DNA of 55,396 nucleotides from a bacterium (GTDB lineage: Bacteria; Patescibacteriota; Dojkabacteria; JAKAPS01; JAJZLI01), in NCBI GenBank assembly GCA_021810605.1, contig JAJZIL010000005.1:1-55396 (forward strand), in the 5' to 3' direction. Position numbers and translations under genes: made by a program. Positions 48,883-55,396 of the stretch are shown here, one piece after another (the first letter of the stretch is position 1; every line of letters begins with the position of its first letter). The notes under the pieces were generated by a model. The model saw only the letters and a program-made list of their open reading frames with translations, was not told the DNA's origin and did no database searches.

Positions 48883-50229
48883 ATGGATGAATCTATTTTT
48901 AAAGCATATGATATAAGAGGAATATATCCTACTACTATTAATGAGAATTTAGTTTTCAGAATAGCATATTTTTATGTAAAGCAATTTAATTTGAAAAATA
49001 TTTGTGTAGGTAGAGATATAAGAAGTTCTTCTCCCTCATTATTTGAATCTTTTGTAAAAGGGGCAATTCTTGCTGGAGCTAAAGTCACAGATATAGGTAT
49101 AATTTCTACAGATATGATGTATTTTGCATCTGGATTTTATGATTTTGATGGAGGAGCTCAGATTACAGCATCACATAATCCTAAAGAATATAATGGTGTA
49201 AAATTGGTAAAAAATGGTGAACCTATAAGTAGTGATACTGGAATTTTTCAAATAAGAGATTTAGTGAAAGAAAATCTTAATTTGGATTTGAATTTTAATG
49301 ATAAAATAGTAACAGATACAAAAAATATACTTGCAGATTATGTTAAACATGTACTTTCTTTTGTGGATACAGATAAAATAAAAGGTCTTAAAGTTGTTGT
49401 TGATGTAGGTAATGGAGTTGCAGGTTATATAGTGGAAGAGATTTTTAAATATCTAGATTGTAGTCTTATCCCATTATATTTTGATCCTGATGAAAATTTC
49501 CCAAATCATCCAGCTAATCCTATGGATGAGAATAATGTTAAAGATTTAGAAAAAAAAGTTATAGAAGAGAATGCTAATTTAGGTATTGCTTTTGATGGTG
49601 ATGCAGATAGATGTGTATTTGTAGATGAATTAGGTGGTTATACTTCAGGATATTTTATGACAGCTATACTAGCAAGAAATATATTAAGAGAAAATAAGGG
49701 AGCAAAAATAGTTCATTCTCCTCAATTAATATGGGCTGTGGATGATACTATTAGAGATATGGGGGGGATATCTATTCTCTCCAAGACTGGACATTCATTT
49801 GTTGCATCTAAGATGAAAGAAGAAGATGCAATTTTTGGAGGTGAAATATCTTCTCATTTTTATTTTAAGAAAAATTATTATTCAGATAATGGTATGATTC
49901 CTATGCTTATGGGAATGGAACTTTTATGTGGTGAGAATAAAAAGCTTTCTACCCTACTTAATTCTTATAGGAATAAATATATAACCTCTCCAGAGATAAA
50001 TTATACAGTATCTAGTACTCAGGATAATTTAGATAGAATTGAGAATTATTATAAAAATATATCTGGTGTTAAAATTTCAAAATTAGATGGTGTTTCAATA
50101 GAATTTAGTGATTGGAGATTTAATCTTAGAGGTTCAAATACAGAGCCTGTAATAAGGCTTAATATGGAGTCATTATCTCAAGATGTTTTTTATGAAAAGT
50201 TGAAAGAAGTTGAATCATTGATTTATTAA
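48883..50229 (+). CDS. Phosphomannomutase/phosphoglucomutase
   Basis: IFKAYDIRG, ITASHNP, FDGDADR, GEISSHF, RGSNTEP. Confidence 0.96.
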   Translation: MDESIFKAYDIRGIYPTTINENLVFRIAYFYVKQFNLKNICVGRDIRSSSPSLFESFVKGAILAGAKVTDIGIISTDMMYFASGFYDFDGGAQITASHNPKEYNGVKLVKNGEPISSDTGIFQIRDLVKENLNLDLNFNDKIVTDTKNILADYVKHVLSFVDTDKIKGLKVVVDVGNGVAGYIVEEIFKYLDCSLIPLYFDPDENFPNHPANPMDENNVKDLEKKVIEENANLGIAFDGDADRCVFVDELGGYTSGYFMTAILARNILRENKGAKIVHSPQLIWAVDDTIRDMGGISILSKTGHSFVASKMKEEDAIFGGEISSHFYFKKNYYSDNGMIPMLMGMELLCGENKKLSTLLNSYRNKYITSPEINYTVSSTQDNLDRIENYYKNISGVKISKLDGVSIEFSDWRFNLRGSNTEPVIRLNMESLSQDVFYEKLKEVESLIY

Positions 50230-50339
50230 TTTTTTTATTTAATCATAATTAGTGATTATATTGAATAGTTAGTCTTTATACGAGTTTTTATAATCTTTAT
50301 ATTAAATACTTTTGATAGTTTAATAAATTTCAATATAAA

Positions 50340-51569
50340 TTATATATATTTATCTATATTTTCAATTGCTATAATATTACTTTTATCTTTATTTCTTTCT
50401 TTTATTTCTACTCCTCCACTTTGAATACTTTTTTCTGAGAGTATTATTCTTTTAGATATTCCTATAAGGTCTGAGTCTTTCAATTTTTCACCCATACTAA
50501 TATCAACTCTATCATCCCAAAGGATTGTTTTATTTTTCTTCTCTACTATTTTTTTAATTTTATCTATATCTGAATCTTTAATTTTACCATATGTTATAAG
50601 ATGAATATTGTATGGAGATATACTTTCTGGCCAAATTAATCCAGAGTTATCATTGAAATTTTCTGCAATAATCCCCATTACTCTAGATGTACCTATCCCA
50701 TAACACCCCATATATATATCACCTTTTTTATTATCTTTTGTTTGATATGTATAATCAAAAGCTTTGGTAAATTTATCTTTAAGTATAAAAATATTCCCTG
50801 CTTCTGATGCATTTTTCCCATTATGTAAAATATCTTTACTAGCTACTTCTTTATTATAGTAAGTATTAGTTTTATCATCATAATATATTATATCTTCACC
50901 ATTTTTACATAGTACTTGAAATTCATCTGAGTAATCATTTGTAAAGTCTCCTCCTGATGCTTTTACTAAAACTGTATATTCTTTTAGTCCTAACTTTTCA
51001 AATATTATAAAATATGATTTTTTTACTTTTTCATAATATTCTTTTAAATCTTCAATAGATGTATGAAAACTATATAGATCTTTCATTCTAAATTCTCTGC
51101 CCCTAAGTAATCCAGATTTTGCTCTAGCTTCATTTCTGAATTTTGTTTGTATTTGAAATAGTGCAAATGGAAAATGTTTGTAGCTGACAATATATTCTTT
51201 TGCAAGAGGAGTTATAACTTCTTCATGAGTAGGGTTAAGGATATATTCTACATTATTTCTCTCATACGATTTTGCATTTGCTCCAATAGTTTTCATTAGT
51301 ACATCAACACTGTCAATTCTTCCAGTAGTACTCCATAATTCTTTAGAGGCTAAAGATGGCATATTAATTTCATTTGAAATCTTCAACATTTCTTCTCTTA
51401 CTAAATTCTCTATTTTATCTAAGACTAACTTACCAAGAGGTAGATATGAATAAACTCCAGCCATTTCTTGATGTATGAATCCTGCTTTTGTTAAAAGTGT
51501 TGCATTTAATGATTCAAATTCTTTTGCTTCTTTATTAGTTTTTCCAAATAGACTTGATTGTCTTTGCAT
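50340..51569 (-). CDS. proS: Proline--tRNA ligase, short form without editing domain
   Basis: PTHEE, QIQTKFRNE.R...GLLRGREF.MKD.YSF, MGCYGIG. Confidence 0.96.
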   Translation of the reverse strand: MQRQSSLFGKTNKEAKEFESLNATLLTKAGFIHQEMAGVYSYLPLGKLVLDKIENLVREEMLKISNEINMPSLASKELWSTTGRIDSVDVLMKTIGANAKSYERNNVEYILNPTHEEVITPLAKEYIVSYKHFPFALFQIQTKFRNEARAKSGLLRGREFRMKDLYSFHTSIEDLKEYYEKVKKSYFIIFEKLGLKEYTVLVKASGGDFTNDYSDEFQVLCKNGEDIIYYDDKTNTYYNKEVASKDILHNGKNASEAGNIFILKDKFTKAFDYTYQTKDNKKGDIYMGCYGIGTSRVMGIIAENFNDNSGLIWPESISPYNIHLITYGKIKDSDIDKIKKIVEKKNKTILWDDRVDISMGEKLKDSDLIGISKRIILSEKSIQSGGVEIKERNKDKSNIIAIENIDKYI

Positions 51570-51660
51570 ATTGGTAATAATTGTATCATAAAGACTTTCA
51601 TTATGACTACTTGTCTTTATTTTTCAATAATGGATAGCATATGTTAATATATATTTAGGT

Positions 51661-52548
51661 ATGAATACTAATTACATTAATTTTTTAGATAGAGATTTAA
51701 TTAAGGGGCTTATTCCAAGAAGAGAGAGTAATTCTCACAAGGATGATTTTGGAAGATTACTTGTTATAGCAGGATCTTATATGTATCCAGGGGCAGCTAT
51801 TTTATCTTCAAGAGCAGCATATAGGGTAGGTACTGGAGTTGTGAGCATTATTGCAGATAAATATTTAGAGAGTATATATGCTTCAAATTTTAATGAAGCC
51901 ACATATTTTCCTCTTGAAAAAAGAGGGTCTATAAGTGAGTATGAAAAATTTTTAGATTCAAATATATCAAGATATAGTACTATTCTTATTGGTCCTGGCT
52001 TAGGTGTAGATGATAATGCTTTTGATTTGATATATTTTTTAATAAAGTATTTAAAGGATAAGAGTGTTAATATATTGATTGATGCAGATGGTCTTGTAAA
52101 TATCTCTAAGATATCTAGATGGTGGGAATATTTATCGGATAGTACAGTAATTACACCTCATATTGGAGAATTTAAAAAACTTTTAGGTTATGATTTTGAT
52201 ATAGAAGATAGTATTAAAATTGTAAAGGAAAAATCTGATGAATGGGGGTGTAGTATTGTTTTGAAAAATTCAAAAACTATTATAGCAAAAAATAGTGTTG
52301 ATATTTTTATTAATAATAATGAAAATTCTCTTCTCTCAACTGCAGGTACAGGAGATATACTTTCTGGTATTATTGCAGGATTAATAGCACAAGGAGTAAA
52401 TACTTTTGATGCTTCTTGTGTTGGTGTATATATTCACTCAATGGTTGGAATGAAATTAAAAGAGCGGTTTTCTGATAGAGGAATGCTTTCTTCGGATATG
52501 TTAGATGAGATCCCTATTGTAATAAAAGATCTTTTAAAAGAACATTAA
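51661..52548 (+). CDS. nnrD: NAD(P)HX dehydratase
   Basis: SHKDDFG, IAGS..YPGAA, GPGLG, DADG, TPHIGE, TAGTGD. Confidence 0.94.
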   Translation: MNTNYINFLDRDLIKGLIPRRESNSHKDDFGRLLVIAGSYMYPGAAILSSRAAYRVGTGVVSIIADKYLESIYASNFNEATYFPLEKRGSISEYEKFLDSNISRYSTILIGPGLGVDDNAFDLIYFLIKYLKDKSVNILIDADGLVNISKISRWWEYLSDSTVITPHIGEFKKLLGYDFDIEDSIKIVKEKSDEWGCSIVLKNSKTIIAKNSVDIFINNNENSLLSTAGTGDILSGIIAGLIAQGVNTFDASCVGVYIHSMVGMKLKERFSDRGMLSSDMLDEIPIVIKDLLKEH

Positions 52549-52561
52549 TATAATATTGTTC

Positions 52562-52590
52562 TTGACTATATGTATAAATAGTGATATAGT
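52562..52590 (+). promoter_or_regulatory. Sigma70-type promoter
   Basis: TTGACT-17 nt-TATAGT with extended -10 TG; implies the true start is the ATG at 52600. Confidence 0.6.
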
Positions 52591-53403
52591 ATGATTACTA
52601 TGGGTACAGAAGCCTTAAGTCATAGAGATAGATTTAAAAGAACAATTGCGAGTGGAATGCTTTTAGCAGGGGTATCTTCAGGTATTGGTTTGACACAAGA
52701 GTCAGTAGCTTCTGCAAGTACTCGGTCACAAGAAATCTCTCAGTCACAAGAAGTCTCCACAAAAGTTCCAACAGCAGAAAAATTTTTCCAAAGTTTATAT
52801 GGTTCTTTTGTAAGAAATTTGAATAGGATTGTTCCAAATGATAAGGATAAAATAGTTAATGCTCCTACTATTAACATTGGAGTTACTAAACCTTTTGAAT
52901 GGGATCCTGGTGTTATGCTTTCTGGAAAAGATTTGTCTATTGTGTCTAAAGATAAAACTATTAAACTAGTGGCAGAATATACTAATTTGACTAGTACAAA
53001 TGGTGATAATGGGAAAAGTCATGTAATAGAGAGAGTTTTTGGTATTTCTTTATATGTAGGAACTCCTAAGGAAATATTGAGTAATTTAACAGATAATTCT
53101 GCTATTGAGAAGTATTCATTAGTTATAAATACGTATAATGATCAAAAAAATTTATCTTTTTATAAGTTGGGTTTTAATTTAATTGGAAGTGAAAGTCTTC
53201 CTTTTTATTATAAATTTGGTACTGCACTTAATAGTATAGATTCTCAAAGGAAATTAACTTCATCAGAGATGATAAAGATGAAAGCATTATTATTACAAAC
53301 TGAAGATCTTATGAAAGGTTTAGCACATGGAGATACGATTAGGATTGTTGGAAAATATGATGGATATCCAGCACATAGATTAGTTTCTTATAAACATAAA
53401 TAA
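52591..53403 (+). CDS. Hypothetical secreted protein
   Basis: Basic N-region RDRFKR, hydrophobic stretch, VASA cleavage-like site, S/T/Q-rich linker; no recognised domain. Confidence 0.6.
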   Translation: MITMGTEALSHRDRFKRTIASGMLLAGVSSGIGLTQESVASASTRSQEISQSQEVSTKVPTAEKFFQSLYGSFVRNLNRIVPNDKDKIVNAPTINIGVTKPFEWDPGVMLSGKDLSIVSKDKTIKLVAEYTNLTSTNGDNGKSHVIERVFGISLYVGTPKEILSNLTDNSAIEKYSLVINTYNDQKNLSFYKLGFNLIGSESLPFYYKFGTALNSIDSQRKLTSSEMIKMKALLLQTEDLMKGLAHGDTIRIVGKYDGYPAHRLVSYKHK

Positions 53404-53443
53404 TACTTGTAAAAAACAATGTATCTGTTAATATATTAGATAT

Positions 53444-54319
53444 ATGAAAGATAATGTAAATAAGTATTTTGTATTGATTATATCTATTATTGCAGTTATC
53501 ATATTGTTAATTATACTTATAATTTATTTTGTAAGTAGAAATAATATAAATTCAAATGATCTTGCAGATGTAAATGGTCAAGTTCTCACAAAGGCAGATT
53601 TAATATCATATAATTGTGCTCTTCATCAAAAGAGTAATTCTAATTGTACTAATGATTATATAGGTCAGCTCCAAAATTTAATAAATTATACACTAGAGCA
53701 ACAATATTTAAAAAAACATAACGATCTTCCAACAAAGACACAAGTATATAAAGCAATGTTTTATCCAAGTGTAGTTCCTTCAAATGTAACTTCATTTAAA
53801 AATTATAATAATCTATATTATTATAATTATAATTTGTTAGTAGTTAAAAATATTCAGAAATTATTAGTAAGAAATGTTACTGGGAATATATTTGTTATAA
53901 CTAATAATAATGTAACAAATATTAATCTCCATTTGAATTTATCTACAGAGAAAAGTATCTTAAATGGATTTAGAAATAAACTTTTATCTAGAAAATATAC
54001 AGTATCAGAATTGAATATATTAGGGAATCAAATACAATCTCCATATAATCATTTTTTCTATATATCTAAATATAGTAGACTTAATCAAGGAAATATATTT
54101 TATAATTATGGAAATTTATCTGTTAGTATTATTAAAAATATATTTAAGGTAGGAGTAGATAAAGTTTCTCCTATATATACATATGTATATACCATAAAGA
54201 ATAAAGTTATATCTACTTATTATTATTTCTTTGAAAATACCAATATAGAAGGACGATATTCTAATATATCAGATGTATTAAATTATTTAAGAAGATCTGC
54301 TAGTATAACTTTATATTAA
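53444..54319 (+). CDS. Membrane-anchored protein with SurA/PrsA N-terminal-like motif
   Basis: N-terminal TM, LADVNGQVLTKADL, LQNLINYTLEQQY. Confidence 0.55.
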   Translation: MKDNVNKYFVLIISIIAVIILLIILIIYFVSRNNINSNDLADVNGQVLTKADLISYNCALHQKSNSNCTNDYIGQLQNLINYTLEQQYLKKHNDLPTKTQVYKAMFYPSVVPSNVTSFKNYNNLYYYNYNLLVVKNIQKLLVRNVTGNIFVITNNNVTNINLHLNLSTEKSILNGFRNKLLSRKYTVSELNILGNQIQSPYNHFFYISKYSRLNQGNIFYNYGNLSVSIIKNIFKVGVDKVSPIYTYVYTIKNKVISTYYYFFENTNIEGRYSNISDVLNYLRRSASITLY

Positions 54320-54329
54320 TAATTTGTGT

Positions 54330-55396
54330 ATGGTTTTATATAAAGAGATAATATTTAATAAAATTTATAAAAAGTTAATATATTTTTTTATATCAGTAGC
54401 TGTTATAAGTATTTATATTTTTTTTAATCATTCAAATATTTATGCAGCTGTTCCTAGGTGTAATCTTAATGGTGGGGCTTTATTTGGATCTGCTCAGATT
54501 GTTGTTAAAAGTTCGAATGGACAACCACTTCCTAGTAATTTAGCTGTTAATGTACAAACAGATATATGTCCTGGTGGGGAATATTCATCTTCTAAAATAT
54601 ATTCTGGTTATGAGAATGGTGTACAAGTTCCAAGTTTTGATAATGGTTCAGTAACTAATCCAGGATATAATTCTAACTTTAAGGATTGGGAAATTAGTTC
54701 TACTTCTAATATATCAAGTACTCTTACTAGTATATCAAGTACTCTTACTAATATATCAAGTACTCAATTAAAGAATTATGCCGAATCAACAAATCAATAT
54801 GCTACTACTTTTCAAGATTTTGGAAATATACCATTAACTCCAACAGGAAAAGTATATTGCCCATTAGGTTATGGGTGTAATTATAATTATGGGGAGCCAC
54901 CTGGAGAATATAATGATGCAAATAATGGTGAATATAATGGTTATACGAGTGTAACTTTTAATAGCTCTAATACTGTTGCATATATAAATTTTTATCAGGT
55001 TTTAGATTGTGGTTTTTCTTTTTTAAATTATAATATAGTTTCAAAATCACTAAACAATGATGGTTGGACTCTTCAGTCTACTGGTGCTCCAATTCTGTTA
55101 AAAAATGAACCTCCTTCATATACACCACAGGGTACAATTACAATATCACCACCTCCACCTACACCAACTATTACCAAGAGTTGTCATAATGCTTCTGGAT
55201 CTAAATGTTCCTATAAAGTTCATAAAAAAAAGCATACTTCTGCTCCTCCTTCTACAAAGACTCCTAATCCTACTAGTAGTTGTTCTAATGGTATTTGTAG
55301 CACTACTCCTGTTTGTGGAGTTAATAGTCTTTTAAACTGTACTAATCCTACTATACCTACATCAACTGGTAGTACACTTACTATAAATGGAAGTAT
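54330..55396 (+). CDS. Large secreted S/T/P/N- and Cys-rich surface protein, 3'-truncated by window edge; not in the ORF track
   Basis: Manually read open frame from ATG 54330 (MVLYKEIIFNKIYKKLIYFFISVAVISIYIFFNHSNIYAAVPRC...) to the window end without a stop. Confidence 0.85.
   Translation, partial: MVLYKEIIFNKIYKKLIYFFISVAVISIYIFFNHSNIYAAVPRCNLNGGALFGSAQIVVKSSNGQPLPSNLAVNVQTDICPGGEYSSSKIYSGYENGVQVPSFDNGSVTNPGYNSNFKDWEISSTSNISSTLTSISSTLTNISSTQLKNYAESTNQYATTFQDFGNIPLTPTGKVYCPLGYGCNYNYGEPPGEYNDANNGEYNGYTSVTFNSSNTVAYINFYQVLDCGFSFLNYNIVSKSLNNDGWTLQSTGAPILLKNEPPSYTPQGTITISPPPPTPTITKSCHNASGSKCSYKVHKKKHTSAPPSTKTPNPTSSCSNGICSTTPVCGVNSLLNCTNPTIPTSTGSTLTINGS
54706..54765 (+). repeat. 21-nt in-frame tandem repeat, about 2.9 copies
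   Basis: cta(a/g)tatatcaagtactctta units encoding (N/S)ISSTLT. Confidence 0.9.

Noticed and set aside
501-52837. Short antisense or overlapping ORFs in the track (e.g. 501-704, 4075-4392, 10977-11387, 22382-22705, 39472-39789, 41905-42192)
   Set aside because: All lie within well-supported genes and show no recognisable motifs
54706-54765. CRISPR-like repeat
   Set aside because: Units are directly adjacent with no spacers and lie in frame within a CDS
55105-55335. 76-aa ORF from the track
   Set aside because: Out-of-frame shadow of the long ORF starting at 54330
1-55396. Alternative genetic code 25 (TGA=Gly)
   Set aside because: Conserved genes are full length under code 11 and TGA ends genes at expected positions

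Overview
Very AT-rich (roughly 25% GC by eye), gene-dense bacterial chromosome segment using genetic code 11 (TGA acts as stop, e.g. at 29329 and 37014). Gene content and the lack of Shine-Dalgarno motifs suggest a Patescibacteria/CPR organism (inference). The backbone carries peptidoglycan genes (mraY, ddl, murF, murB), tRNA synthetases (leuS, argS, proS), a glycosyltransferase/flippase/ligase cluster, class II ribonucleotide reductase with cobO, htrA plus a two-component system, thyX, cydAB, tmk, a phosphomannomutase and nnrD. The most notable region is an accessory block at about 40.5-48.9 kb: an operon of an Rv1355c/MoeY-type ThiF adenylating enzyme, a phenylacetate-CoA-ligase-like enzyme and an orphan 7TM-GAF histidine kinase, divergent from an internally collapsed ATPase gene and two XRE-HTH/MmyB-type ligand-binding regulators. 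It looks like a candidate small-molecule signal synthesis and sensing system (inference, untested). Features absent from the ORF track were also found: a LysW-like zinc-ribbon protein ending in EEEK (13160-13318), an ABC-ATPase pseudogene fragment (38882-39042), a large secreted protein running off the right end (from 54330), and several promoter/operator-like sites. No rRNA, tRNA, CRISPR array, transposase or integrase was recognised.
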